A DNA stretch of 64,000 nt from Chiloscyllium plagiosum (GCF_004010195.1 NC_057719.1:49251336-49315335), one strand, 5' to 3'; positions 10,815 through 23,580 are shown, counted from the first letter of the stretch. Notes: generated from the sequence alone by a model not told the origin. Program-made: numbers and translations.

Positions 10815-11270
10815 AAGATCGCAAAACAGAAAAAAGCTGGAGAAACTAACCAGGTTTAGCAGCATCAGAACTGAAGAAGGGTCACTGGACCTGAACTGTT
10901 AACTCAGCTTTCTCTCCACAGATGCTGTCAGACCTGCAAAGTATTTCCAGCTATTTCTGTTTTAGTTTCAGGTTTTCAGAATCCACAGTTTTTTTTTGCT
11001 TTTTTTTATAGTGTTTAACTCACAGCAACATCCCTTCCTGCCACACCCACCTTGAAGACGTTCTGCTCCTCTCTTTGACAGGATTTCTGTTCTAATCTTT
11101 TTTCTTGTTCACCATCATTAATTTTGTTGTTGCACCTAGTTTTTGTCGAAGCATTTGGCAGAATTTACTCCCACAATCACATTACATTCCACAGTGACTG
11201 CTTCCGATTCAGATCCCTCTACTTGGATTCCAACTGAAGTTTCATGCTTCGTGTTTTGAACCAACGGAGC
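10815..11270 (+). mobile_element. Penelope-like element: inverted terminus, degenerate hammerhead and start of ORF
   Basis: Inverted arms around ctgaagaagggtcactggacctgaa. Downstream translation HITFHSDCFRF...GFQLKFHASCFEP resembles a Penelope ORF N-terminus. Confidence 0.65.
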
Positions 11271-11399
11271 CCTCTGAAAGTCTCCATTTAAATTGGAAAT
11301 TCTTTGGGGTTCACTGGAGTCAATTAAATAGTTACTCAGAAAATGTTAGACGATTAAATACTTATTGTAATTATAACTAGCCCCAGCTTACTGAAACAC

Positions 11400-14060
11400 C
11401 TCCAAATACACCACCCCAAATCTCCCTTCTTTTTATGTTTCTATATGCTACCTAGACTGATGGATGTTGCATTTGTTGTGACAGTGAATGGAGGGTCTTG
11501 AGCTAACACTTGAATGATGTTAAGCATGTGCTTGTTTTATCTGAGTGCCCTCTGCTATTGTTCATCCCAGCACTAGGTAAGGTTCTACTTAAGTAAGGCC
11601 ACATTGATTCATTCATCGACACCAGAATAGGGAGGGCTTCCTTAGCTGATTGTTCATGCCCATAAAGCCTTTGAAGCTCTGTAATGTTGTGAAGTCCCTA
11701 ACAGCTTTTGTCTTTTGAGGGTCTGTTATGATCTGATGAACAGACAGTGTGTTCCAAATTGTGAATTGTAACTTTAAGTTTAAATTATTTTTATGAAAAT
11801 GATTAAGCACGAACTCTGCCTGTCGGATCCTGTGAGAACTATTTACACTGTATATACATGATTTGGAGTTGGGGACCACATGAACGGTATCAAGGTTTGC
11901 AGATGACACTAAGATGAGTGGCAAAGCAAAATGTGCAGAGGACTGTGAAACTTTGCAGAGGAACATAGATATGTTGAGTGACTGGGCAAAGGTCTGGCTG
12001 ATGGAATACAATGTTAATAAATGTGAAATCATACATTTTGGTAGGAAAATGCTGTGGGACCTTTCTTGGGATGAAGAGAGATACTGGTTTGGCATCCAGT
12101 CTTGACTTAATACAATAAGGATTATTATTTGAATGGTAAAAAGTTGCTGCTATGCAGAGGAACCTGGGTGTTCTTGTGCATGAATCACAGAAGGTTGGTC
12201 TGCAGGTACAAGTAATTAGGATGGCAAATGGAACTTTGTCCTTCATTGCTAAAAGGGTTGAGTTTAAAAGCAGAGAGATAGCAAGGTGCTAGTGAGACCA
12301 CAGCTGGAGTACTGTTTGCAGTTTTGGTCTCCTAACTTGAGAAAGGATGTACTGGCACTGAAGGGGCTGCAGAGTAAGTTCACTAGTTTGTTTCTGGAGT
12401 TGAGGGGATCGGTTTATGAGGTGAGACTGAATAGATTGGGATTACATTCATTGGAATTCAGAAGAATGAGGGGGAATCTTATAGAAGTATATAAAATTAT
12501 AAAGGGAATAGACAATAGACATAGAGAGGATGTTTCCACTGGCATGTGAAGCTAGGACAAGAGGGCATAGCCTCAAGAGTAGAGGGAGCAGGCTCAGGAC
12601 TGAATTGAGAAGGACCTTCTTCACCCAGACGGTTGTTAATTGATGGAATTCCTTGCCCAGGGAAGTAGTTGATGCTACTTGAGTAAACACTTCTAAAGCT
12701 AAGGTAGATCTTTTTTGAAAAATAAAGGAATTAAGGGATACGGTGAGAGTGCGGGTAAATGGAGCTCAGGCCATGAAAAGATTAGCCATGACCTTATTGA
12801 ATGTTGGAGCAGGCTTGAAGGTCTGGACGGCCTACTCCTGTTCCTAGTTCTTATGTTTTTATGAAGCTACTGTCTGTAGCTGAGTATTGTGTTCCTGCTC
12901 ATGGATAAGCATGTCTTCCATGTGGCAGTTGACTCATTCTAACCTTTCCCTAGTGATGTTCATTCAGCTTTGGAAGAACTCCAGTGAAGAGGCAATTCAA
13001 AGGGTAACCAATTGAAGGAGTACCTTCCCAACAGTGTAATGAATACTGTCAACAGCTCACCATCTAAAGGTAGCTGCCAGAATCTGTTGGCACCCAGTGT
13101 GATAAATGCTGGAGCTTCTCACAAGCTTTACCAAACTTTCAGCAACAGATGTCATGGAATGGACATCACTTTTAACAGTTTTGTTCAATTGTGTGAGGTC
13201 GACACAGATACTTTATGAGCCATTCAGTTAGTGAACTGGAACCATCGCTAAACACTATCTGGTAGGCCGCATTATCAATGCTATAACATCTTGATGCAGC
13301 ATCAGCTCAATTCCTTGTGTGGTCTTCCATGGAAAATGCTGTGGGACCTTTCTTGGGATGAAGAGAGATACTGGTTTGGCATCTAATCTTGACTTAATAC
13401 AATAAGGTGTGGTCAGCTTCTCTTGACCAATGAAGAACTTTGGGAACTTTGACATTATTTGTTCTGATTCCTCTTGTTTGTACAATTTGTCCACCTTGTA
13501 TCTGAGTTGGAGATCAAAATATACTTTTCAGATTAGTAGCAAACAATTTCAGTTATGAACGCTGTAGAGTATTTCCATGATTTCTTTCTCTTTCTAGGGA
13601 GAGTCATGGTGAGATGTACCTCTCACCTGGATGCCTCTGGAACTGTGAATAATTGATCGTCAAAACAGATCCAGTCTTAACTACTGCATTGTATCCAAGA
13701 GATCAAGACTGCCTTCTTCCATATCCACTTACAATTTGTTTTCTGGCCATTTATCAAAATATCAGCTTCCAGATGTTTCCCTTGGTATCTCCTAGCTCTT
13801 GGATAGTTAGTCTCCTTTATGACCTTTCACTGCAGCCGACTGTTTAAAATAGCCCCTCCTCTGACAGTATTGGTAGACTGGATTTATGGTAGACAGCACT
13901 CCTGCCAATGGGGTCATCTCCGCCACAACAAGGACACAGGATACCAGCGTCTGTCATTCTTTCCCCCTACTTGTTTCCATCTTTTGGGTTATATACTTGT
14001 ACTCCTCTGCATGATGGACCTTACACAATTAATCCGCAGAATAACTGAATGCTCTCTATC
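11400..14060 (-). mobile_element. Decayed Ty3/Gypsy gag-pol, split by a CR1 insertion
   Basis: Minus strand: YCIKSRLDAKPVSLFIPRKVP, ANRFWQLPLD...FITLLGRYSFNWLPF, CHMEDMLIH (RT YxDD region), TDPQKTKAVRDF...FMGMNNQL, CWDEQ...VTTNAT (RNase H entry). Confidence 0.85.
11846..12865 (+). mobile_element. CR1 LINE RT C-terminus and 3' UTR
   Basis: FADDTK, YNVNKCEIIHFG, LVRPQLEYCLQFWSP and RRMRGNLIEVYK. Confidence 0.92.
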
Positions 14061-14072
14061 TCTTTAGATTGA

Positions 14073-14294
14073 TTTGGAGATGCTGGTGTTGGACTGGGGT
14101 GTACAAAGTTAAAAATCACATAACACCAGGTTATAGTCCAACAGGTTTAATTGGAAGCACTAGCTTTCGGAGTGTTGCTCCTTTGTCAGGTGGTGTGGAC
14201 ACCTCCACAACCACCTGACGAAGGAGCAGCGCTCCAAAAGCTAGTGCTTCCAATTAAACCTGTTGGTCTATAACCTGATGTTGTATGATTTTTA
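14073..14294 (-). mobile_element. Short fold-back Penelope-derived element (family 2) with 12-bp TSD
   Basis: Arms aaaaatcacataacaccaggttatagtccaacagg... and its reverse complement, each with a mutated hammerhead. TCTTTAGATTGA at 14061-14072 and 14295-14306. Confidence 0.88.
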
Positions 14295-14355
14295 TCTTTA
14301 GATTGACACCTGATTCTGTCTATAGTTCTCTTGTGTATGTTTAATTGTACATTAG

Positions 14356-14692
14356 AGGCGACATGGTGGCTCAGCAGTTAGCATTGCTGCCTCACAGTGG
14401 CAGGGACTCAGGTTTGATATTACCCTCAGGCGACTGTCTGTGTGGAATTTGTACAATCTCCCCATGTCTGTGTGGGTGTATTCCAGGTGCTCTGGTTTCC
14501 TCCCACCGTCCAAAGTTGTGTAGGGTAGGTAGATTGGCACGTGTCCAAGGTTGTGCAGGCTAGGTGTATTGGCCATGGGAAGTGCATGGTGGTACGATAG
14601 GGTTATGAGTCTGGGTGGGATTCTCCTCAGAGGGCCAGTATGCACTCGAGGGGCCGAATTTCCTGTTTCCACATTCTAGTGATTCTATGATT
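14356..14692 (+). mobile_element. HE1-type V-SINE (diverged)
   Basis: ggtggctcagcagttagcattgctgcctcacag head, V domain, gattctatgatt tail. Confidence 0.85.
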
Positions 14693-16699
14693 CATACTGA
14701 TGCTCTGTTCTGTCATCCTTCTTTACAGTTATACATGGCTACTGGTACAGCTCACTTTGGTATGAAATTTGCACACCAATGCTGAAGTTCATCAGGTGTT
14801 GTTCCTGTTGCTTTAAAGAAAATTTGTTTTTATTGGATTGCAACAACCATGTTGTGAGTCTGTTTGGAAATGGGGTCCTGGAGCAGTGTTAGTAACAAAA
14901 ACGGTTCCTCTAACAATTTTCACTATGTGCAAAAATGAAAAAGATCCCTCAGTAACTATTTTGGAGGATGTACTTACACTGAGTTACATGGACTGACATC
15001 ACTTTCTGTGATGCCATTAGCTGCCCTGTTGACAGCAGTAACGTTATGCTACACCTATTGTAGCAGGTTAATGGGTGTGCATTAGGAAATGGTGGAAATG
15101 AGCTTGCTCACAATGAGGGGATGGTGCAGTGCAGCTTGGAACAAGAAGTTAGCTTCATGAACACAGCAGTGTTGTCTTTTCTGATGGAGCTGCAGAGCTT
15201 CCATTGCAGTTTCCTACACAGTGGCTATCCCTTGTTGTCATTTGCTGCTCCTGATCTTACAGTCTTGTTGGAATTAAGGTGGCACAAGATAAATGACTGC
15301 TATTAGGAACTTAAGAACAGTTGCAGATTCAGCAAATGATATCTCTTGTTATTTGGAATGTTTTCAGGCTGTTGAGGAGCATACAACATGTAATCTTCAG
15401 TCCTCTGTGCACTGGGAATGTGATTTAAAAACTTCATCCTGATTTAGAGTTCTTCCAGATTCCAGATAAAGCAGTGAATAGCAAACTAGGTTACCTCTTG
15501 TCACCTCCTATTGATGTTGGTACCCAGGACCATGATCTGGCTTGTAGGTTGAATCATGATAGCTAGTGTCATGATATGTCAGATTGGTCTGTGTCAGTTT
15601 ACCATTAAATGGCTTGCTCATGATATCATCACTGCATCATAGCATGTGAACTGAGGGAATAAAGATCTCGCACACCATCTTGATTAGATCATTTGATGCA
15701 TGACACTGCTGGAAGTAAGTTCCTCTGTTGTAAATAACCTAATATGAGCCTAGACATGAATGTGTGTGAGGAATGTAATGTTTGTACATAACGTTAGTTG
15801 TAATCAATGTATGTTTGATGTATTGATAGGACATATTTATGGTTTTTTTTAATGTTGTGGGAGTTACCACAAGCATTGCCATATATAAACTACCCAGCTG
15901 GAAGCAAATTTACAACAGTTCATGCCGTTTGACTTGGTGAAAAACAGTCATCTGTATTATCATTTTCAACACAGAGAATAGCCAACAAAAGAGCCAGAGG
16001 TAACTAACAACCCAAACACCAGTAAGCAAGCTGTATGAGCAGCTTAAATTGTTTTAGCTTGTTCCCCAGATGTGTTTTGAGCAGCTGAATGCAATACAAT
16101 AGGTGATACACTCAGTTGTCAACTACATTGCACCCTTAGGCAGATGTTTAATGCCTAAAAATGGCTGTGATGCTATTGAATTTCTAAGCCTGTGTCTGCC
16201 TTGTCCTCAATACTTTTCCCATTCTGAAAATACCAAGGCTACCTGACATATGTGATTGATCCATGCAAAGGGAAAATAAACAAATGAAGTGCCTCCAACA
16301 ATCTCGCACTGAATGTTATAGAATGAACTGGTGACAAACAGTCCAATCCATTTATCGCATACTCTATAGAAAATTATCAGTCTGTGTCAGTTTTAAATTG
16401 TTCCAAATAAGTCACTGCAGTCCTTGAAGGATTAACTGGCTAAAATTCATGTTGTTCAGTTTGACTTGTATAAATGACAGTTACTAAATTTCAAAAAGGA
16501 AAACTGGAGGAATAGAATGAATGTCATTTGGTCCTTGCAATTGATGTAGAAAATCCTACTGCTGAAATAGGGAATATAAATATATTTTGCACAGGAAACA
16601 ATTTGCTTAATCTTCTGAGAATGTCACAACATCACTTAAAGCCTTTTATTCTGAAAAGAGTTTTGAACTGATCACATGGGGACCAACAATCTGGGGAAG

Positions 16700-17200
16700 A
16701 ACTTTTTCTTAAATAGGGGAGAGAAAAGTATGGAAAATGTAAGATTTCAGGAGTCCAATTGACAATAAATTGAAGCTATTACAAAATGCTGAGTGGCAGA
16801 GAGTTAAATGAACCCGATATTGATATATTTTAAAAGAACAATATTAAGTCAAAATAGTGAAGTATTCCAGTACATTTTCTAAACAGTTAGTACAGCCTCA
16901 CCCAGAATGCTTTGTACAATATGGATATTGCAGCTTTGATAAGATATAAAAGAGAAGTATCAGATTAATTGAAGGGTAGCAGAAATAAATTCTGAGGCAT
17001 AATGTAAATTGAATTTAATTTAGCTGATTTCATTTATTATTTTCAGAAATTATAGAAATTTGACCACTGATCCTTCATAAAATCTGATCGCAGATGCATT
17101 GGGAAGATAGGAAATTTTAATGAAAGTGGAATAAATTGGGAATTAAATATAAATTAGAGAAATGAAGGATGGGAAGCATCTTGCTGGGATTTGTTTTGAA
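16700..17200 (+). mobile_element. Ancient, heavily decayed CR1 fragment
   Basis: QLVQPHPECFVQY at ~16885 resembles CR1 LVRPHLEYCVQF. Confidence 0.45.
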
Positions 17201-17312
17201 AATATGAAATATTTATCTGCTGGAAATTTACTTTGACCTTTTTGACCATTTTATTCATGCTCATACCATTTTTGTTGATCAGTTCTTCTAAGCCAGGAGC
17301 TGCGCACAAGCT

Positions 17313-17917
17313 GAAAACAACAAATGCTAGAGATCACAATGGGTCAGGCAGCATTCTGGGAGAGAGAGCAAGCTAACGTATGGAGTCAAGATGACTCTTC
17401 ATCAGAGCTGAAGTTAAATGTGGAGGGAACAACATTTAAGCTATAGAGTGGTAACTGGGGGTAGTTGGCGTAGGGTGCTAGTTCAGCTTAAGTGATAGGA
17501 ATGTGAGAATGGCAGAATAATGGTGTGTCTCCTGCAGACTTGAAAGGATGATAAGTGGATTGAGGGAGGACATGATAACAAGCTGAAAGAAAGGGAAGAA
17601 ATGTTCACAATTTAAAGGTGTTGAATGGTATTGAGTCCAGAAAGCTGTAAAGTATCTAGTCTGAAGATGAGATGTTGTTCCTCCAATTTGCACTGAGATT
17701 CAGCGAACCTCCCGTGCTCCCCCCCCCCCCCGCNNNNNNNNNNNNNNNNNNNNNNNNNNNNNNCACAAACACTGTCCCTTCACACTTCAGCTCTAATGAA
17801 GAGTCATCCAGCCTGGAAACGTTAGCTTGCTCACTCTCCTTGGATGCTGTCTGACCCGCTATGATCTTCAGCATTTGTTGTGTTCAGTACAGATTCCAGC
17901 ATCTGCAGTAACTTGTT
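17313..17917. mobile_element. Inverted Penelope element (family 4) with 14-bp TSD, containing an assembly gap
   Basis: Inverted termini. A GIY-YIG tail on the minus strand at ~17610-17700 (KLEEQHLIFRL). gctgc(g/a)cacaagct at 17299-17312 and 17918-17931. Confidence 0.85.
17734..17763. other. Assembly gap (30 N)
   Basis: Run of n following a poly-C tract. Confidence 1.
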
Positions 17918-17999
17918 GCTGCACACAAGCTTTCTGACTTTCCCTTCAGCTAAACATTTGGTGAAATTACACATAAGCAACACTGTCACTCATATGCCT

Positions 18000-18425
18000 C
18001 AGAGAGTTCAGGTGTTGGATGTATTAGAATGTATGAAGTTAGATAAATCTCCCAGTCCTGACCAGGTATATCCAAGAATCTGCAAGAGGCTAGAGAAGAA
18101 ATTGCGGGGTCCCTGGTTGATATTTTTGCATCATCGTTAGCCACAGGGGGAATCGTATAGAGGTGTATAAGGTCATGAGAGGTATTGATAGGGTGAATGC
18201 ACTCAGCCTTTTTCCCAGGTTTGGGGAATCAAGGACTAGAGGGCATCAATTTAGGGTTAGAGGGAAAATAATAAAAGGGAACCTGAGGGGCAACTTTTTT
18301 ACACAGAGGGTGGTATGCATACGGAATAAGCTGCCAACAGAAGTGGTTGAGGTGGTACATTATCAAACATTTAAAAGACATTTTCACAAATACATGGATA
18401 GGAAAGTTTATAAGGGTATAAGGGT
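18000..18425 (+). mobile_element. CR1 LINE fragments with internal deletion
   Basis: VLECMKLDKSPSPDQVYPR joined directly to YKVMRGIDRV...FFTQRVV. Confidence 0.85.
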
Positions 18426-18585
18426 ATAGACTAAATTGTGAGAGGCAATTTTTTGACATGCTTTCATGTGCACATGGTTGGTATTTTCAGTATGTATTGC
18501 TAATCCTGAATTGCACTTGAGGTGGTGATGATGAGCAGCTTCTTTCACTGCTACAGTTTTCATCTGTCATAGGTATAACCTATCA

Positions 18586-18712
18586 GGTGGTGTTATTGAT
18601 GAAGGAGCAGCATTCCGAAAGCTCGTGCTTCCAAATAAACCTGTTGGACTATAACCTCATGTTGTGTGATTTTTAACTTTGTACACCCCAGTCCAACACT
18701 GGCACTTCCAAA
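18586..18712 (+). mobile_element. Penelope family-2 terminus
   Basis: tgatgaaggagcagcattccgaaagct...tttgtacaccccagtccaacac, the same family as 14073 and 61989. Confidence 0.85.
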
Positions 18713-18922
18713 TTGTAACTATTTGTATGTTTACAATTGTACACCTTTAAAGTGAATGTTATTTTGGAAAGCTGTGAAAATGGTACAAAAAAGGTTGACC
18801 TCTTTCAGAGGCATACCTTTACCTGATACTTTTAAGAAAAATGAAGAGGAATCCTTGTAGAAGGGCACAGTTGGTTATTTAATCAGATTAATTGATGTCT
18901 GCCAAGCCTAACAAATTTTTTT

Positions 18923-19236
18923 TAGATTAGATTACTTTACAGTGTGGAATCAGGCCCTTCGGCCCAACAAGTCCACACCGACCCGCCGAAGCGCAACCCA
19001 CCCATACCCCTACATTTACCCCTTCACCTAACATTACGGACAATTTAGCATGGCCAATTCACCTAACCTGCACATCTTTGGACTGTGGGAGGAAACCGGA
19101 GCACCCGGAGGAAACTCACGCAGACACGGGGAGAATGTGCAAACTCCACACAGTCAGTCGCCTGAGGCGGGAATTGAACCCGGGTCTCTGGCACTGTGAG
19201 GCAGCAGTGCTAACCACTGTGCCACCGTGCTGCCCA
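18923..19236 (-). mobile_element. HE1-type V-SINE, full length
   Basis: Reverse complement of the HE1 head, V domain and (aatct)n tail. Confidence 0.93.
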
Positions 19237-19419
19237 CTAATGTTTTGGTTAACAACAAAATTCTGCTTGTACTTTAAAATTGTACAAGTTCCTGATGGTA
19301 AGATTTCTCAACAACTTGAAGTGAAAATTGAAACACTTTCTTTTGTCAGGTCAGAGCTGATGTTGCTGAGAATGATAATAGATGTTATTCAGCAGTGAAA
19401 TATCTGTTAACATGTGTTA

Positions 19420-19815
19420 CCCTTTACTCAGTGGCCACATGCTTAACTTTGAATTAGGAGAGTTTTGGGCTTAAGCTCCCTTCCATTGATTTGAGCACAT
19501 CATTGCGAATGACATCTCAATGCACTGTCAGAGATGTTTACAAACAAAACATTAAAACTGATCTTACATGTGGATACAAAAGACAACATTTTGCAGAAGT
19601 GCACAAGGAATTTCTACTGTGTGCCAAGCTAATATTTAGTGATATCAGTTAAAACAGATTATCTGTCATTAACACTTACAGTTTGTGTGAACCTACTATG
19701 GAAAATTTGTTTGCTCCATTTCCTACATTGTAACAGTACTATGCTTTAGAAGTAAATAGTTAGACACTGTTGATTATCAAGAAGTCATCAGAAGGACTAT
19801 GTAGTTGTAAATTAT
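19420..19815 (+). mobile_element. Deu-domain SINE (SacSINE1/AmnSINE1-like), old
   Basis: aaaacagattatctgtcatt...tttcctacattgtaacagt resembles the Deu domain, with a tRNA-like head upstream. Confidence 0.6.
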
Positions 19816-20610
19816 CACTGCCTTCCTTCAACTATGGAGAGACAAATTCAAAGAACAATGGAAATATTCATACAAGGCAAAATATATGAAAATGAAAGGG
19901 AGATCATTTACATCTTTTAAGTTAGTCTCCATAGGCTAAATTGTAGGAGGCAATTTTTTGACATGCTTTCGTGTGCACATGGTTGGTATTTTCAGTATGC
20001 ATTGCTAATCCTGAATTGTCCTTGAGATGGTGATGACGAGCAGCTTCTTTCACTGCTACAGTTTTCATCTGTCATAGATATAACCCATCATGTTGCTAGG
20101 AAGGAAGTTCCGGCATTTTGACCCTCAGTGCCTCTTATTGGCCAGCAGCTCTTGAATGATTAGTTTTCCAACCCTGAGTTCCAAAGCCAGATAGGCACCT
20201 GACAGTTACTTAATTTGGCCAGGTCTTCCCCCTCAAAGTCATAAGGGTTTCCCACTGTTTCTCCAACCAGTTGGGCAGACTTGCATCATGAAAATTTAAT
20301 CCAACCCTAATTTTCTGACCATGATTACTCATTGAACCTTTTCTGGTATTTCGCCTAGGTCCTGAGGATCAGACTGTGGACATAAGTCATCTTGTTTAGC
20401 TACTTCAAATCACTCCTGGAAGATGTTGCAGATATCTTGTCCACAACCTCCCCCAACCCCCAGAAACCGGTTGAGCTCTTTCTTTTGAACACCTCCAACA
20501 TCAAGGCTTCCAGCAATTCATCCGAAGCCCTAGGATCCCTCACTTTGGCATCATGTGCAGTCCTCTACCATCCACCAAAACTTTCCTGGGACAATTCAAC
20601 TTCTGCAGAA

Positions 20611-21030
20611 TCATGAAGTCATAGAATGGTAAAAACACAAAAGGAAGCCTTTTAACCTATTATGTCCCTGCCGACGCTCAGCAAAATAACTCATTTCGTA
20701 CCACTCCCCCACGTTTTCCAGGTAGTCCTGAAAATATTTCTTCTTCAAAAAATGATTCAGTTCTCTTTTGAAAACTGCGACTGAATTTATTTCCACCACA
20801 CACTCAGGCAGTACATTCCAGATCCCTGGCTACTTACTGAGAAAATGTTGCATTTAACAATGGCTCTCCTTGTCAATCAACTTAAATCAATGTTACCTGT
20901 TTCTAACTTCTTCTGCCAGTAGAAACAGTTTCTCCCTATCTACCATATCCAGATCCCTCATGACTTTGAAGTCCTCAATCAGTCTCATGCTTAAGCTACT
21001 CCTTTCCAGTGTGAAAACCCCTAGCTTTTC
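20611..21030 (-). mobile_element. CR1 LINE 3' end
   Basis: ORF 20611..20799(-) VEINSVAVFKRELNHFLK matches the CR1 C-terminus. Confidence 0.75.
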
Positions 21031-22360
21031 CAAAATATGTATATATCTGAAGGAGCTCTCCTTTCAGAGATTCATGAGTCCTCATTAAGCGTGCAGCCAG
21101 CCAGTAGATTGCTGCTTCCTCCATTCATGTAAATGAACAGGCATCACAAGCTTATAGGCTACCTGCCTCAATGAAACATAATGCTGGTCATCAACGATCT
21201 TGCTTTCCCCAAGATCAAAGCCATTTAACTCTTTTCCTTTATGTTCTAACTATTACAGTAGAGCAAAGACTCAGTACTGTATATAAAAAGACAATTGTTG
21301 AGATACTTTGTGTCCTAAATGACACTGCACCCGTACATTTTACACATTCAATCTCATAAATGCAGATATGGCTTAGTCCAAATTGGAACACTAGCAGAAA
21401 GTTTAAACAAAATGATTACTCATCAGTGTTACTTTTATACCTAAGTTTACATATACATTATTAACTCTATTTTTGTTGATGTTTAGTTTACTTGAGTGGA
21501 GAACATAAAAAAATGATAATGCATCCATTAATGATTGAAAGGGAGAAAAAGGCACTTGTTGTTTCTCACACTGCTGACATCTTCTGGTTTTATGTGGAAA
21601 TATTTCTGATTTAAATTTATTTCAGTTTAATCCCTGGATTTTCCTAAAAATCAAACATTAATCAAGAAAACACAAATTTTTTCCACATACTTAATTTTCA
21701 GTGTGAAAGTTTATGTAATTTGACCTTCTGCTATTTTGGGTTACGTTTTTTAAAAAAATGCATCATCCCACATTTTCTGGATCATTAGACACCAGTCATG
21801 AGACTCATGATGCACATTAGGACTCTATAAAAACTCTGACCTGCTGACATCCATAAGAATTTCCTGAAAAGTTGTTGATGGGCAATTTTCTTATTCCCTG
21901 GCATTGTCTGTGAAAGTCACTAACTCTAATCTAGAATCGGTCATTTTGGACAGATCTGTCAGATTTATTTGAATAGTCATCCAGCAAATGCTCCACAAAA
22001 AAATTTTCAAGTCTAACTGCTGGGTAACTACTCAAATGACCTCTCAATTATTCACGCTGACATTCCCAAACTGACTATCCTTCCCAAACATAGTCTCTTT
22101 CTACATGCCCTCACCAACCAGACATAAGTAACTCCCACCATTCAAATATCCCTTTCTCAACCAGATGAGCTCCCAACCTGACTACCTCGTCTGCCTCCCA
22201 CTCTTACCATCTTATTACTTTACCCATCTGCTATACTATATACTTATCTTATCCACTTGACCCACTTCCTGACTTTCTTATCCACTCTTTCACCTATCTA
22301 GGCTCCCTAATAATTCCATTATCACGTTCCTCTTATTCCATATGTGTTTTATTTTTAAAG

Positions 22361-22436
22361 ATGAACAGTGTGGATGACAATGTGTGGATGTGCTGCGTGA
22401 CAATTGCTTTCTTCAGTGAACTCTTTCTGCTATCAG
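22361..22436 (+). other. Candidate spliced exon (76 nt), gene unknown
   Basis: Acceptor tgtgtttttatttttaaag and consensus donor CAG|GTAAGT in unique sequence. One open frame, MNSVDDNVWMCCVTIAFFSELFLLS. Confidence 0.25.
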
Positions 22437-23148
22437 GTAAGTTAAGTAACTGATTTGCTCCACAATAGTAGTTACAATACTTAATTTCATTTTTTCTGAC
22501 TTGCTTGTTGATGTACTAATGAATATTTCTCTGTGGAAGCAGAATGCTTTTTTACATGGGTTGTCAACAATGCCTTTCTTCCATTTCCATACATTGAATA
22601 TCTTTGTTGATATTATGCCTTATATTATTTTCTTGTCTTTTTAATGATATCCTATTTCTACTTGTGACTCACATCAGTTTTCCTCAACAGTCAACATTGA
22701 ATTCACCTGAAAGCTTGTTTTCTTGGTCACGTGAGTTATCTCACAGAAATAGATCATTTCTCTATTATGCATTTATCGATAACAATCAAGGCATCATGGA
22801 TACACATAACTTTATCAATTTTCTTCTGGAACTGGTGTACTGGACTTTGTAATATTTACATACACAACCTACTTGAGAAGTTCTGAAGATTCATCATTGC
22901 ATTTTGCTTCATTGACAATTGCTTCCCAATTTGGAAATTATATTGAAGAAAATCATGTTTCAAAACTGCCATTTCCATTATTCAGTTTGTTAATAACTCA
23001 TAAATAGCAGCGCACTGAGAAATGTGTTAAATCCTATCATGGAAAGTGCAATCTCTCACTTTTTGTCTGAATGTTTTGAATAATGAATGTAGGCAAATTT
23101 GGGTAAAAATTTATCTGGGCTTGAAATCTGAAGCAAGGTACTAATTCT

Positions 23149-23322
23149 TGTACAATGTTAAAAATCACACAACACCAGGTTATAGTCCAACAGATTTATT
23201 TGGAAGCACTAGCTTCTTATTCGCCACAATCACCTGTTGAAGGAGCAGCGCTCCAAAATCTGGTGCTTCCAAATAAACCTGTCGGACTTTAACCTGGTGT
23301 TGTATGATTTTTAACTTTGTAC
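23149..23322. mobile_element. Fold-back Penelope family-2 element
   Basis: Inverted arms gttaaaaatcacacaacaccaggttatagtcc / ggactttaacctggtgttgtatgatttttaac with a degenerate hammerhead between them. Confidence 0.85.
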
Positions 23323-23339
23323 TTTATGATCAACACAAT

Positions 23340-23580
23340 GAAACCCAAGAAAATCCCAGGTTTAAGTGTACTTATCCCATATATTTATCTGGCAACCAAC
23401 ACCACTAAACATGGGATCTGCTAATTCTTGTATTGCTGTCTTGTGGAATTTGCTGTAGGAAAGTTACTTGTTGTCTTTCCTTAATTACAACATTTCTAAA
23501 GTAATGTATTGACTGTCCAGAGATTTAGGAAGTTGTGAGGTTGGGAAAAGTGTGATATAAACACAGGTAACATTCTTTTA
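23340..23580 (+). mobile_element. Deu-domain SINE 3' half
   Basis: attgctgtcttgtggaatttgctg...gaaaagtgtgatataaacacagg resembles the Deu domain and tail. Confidence 0.5.

Noticed and set aside
16500..16670. ECHLV and HLKPFILKR resembling SNF2 helicase motifs
   Set aside because: The spacing is far too short, no other helicase motifs are present, and the region adjoins decayed CR1, so this is likely chance.
19165..19236. tRNA genes at SINE heads
   Set aside because: A and B boxes are present, but they continue into SINE bodies and give no full cloverleaf.
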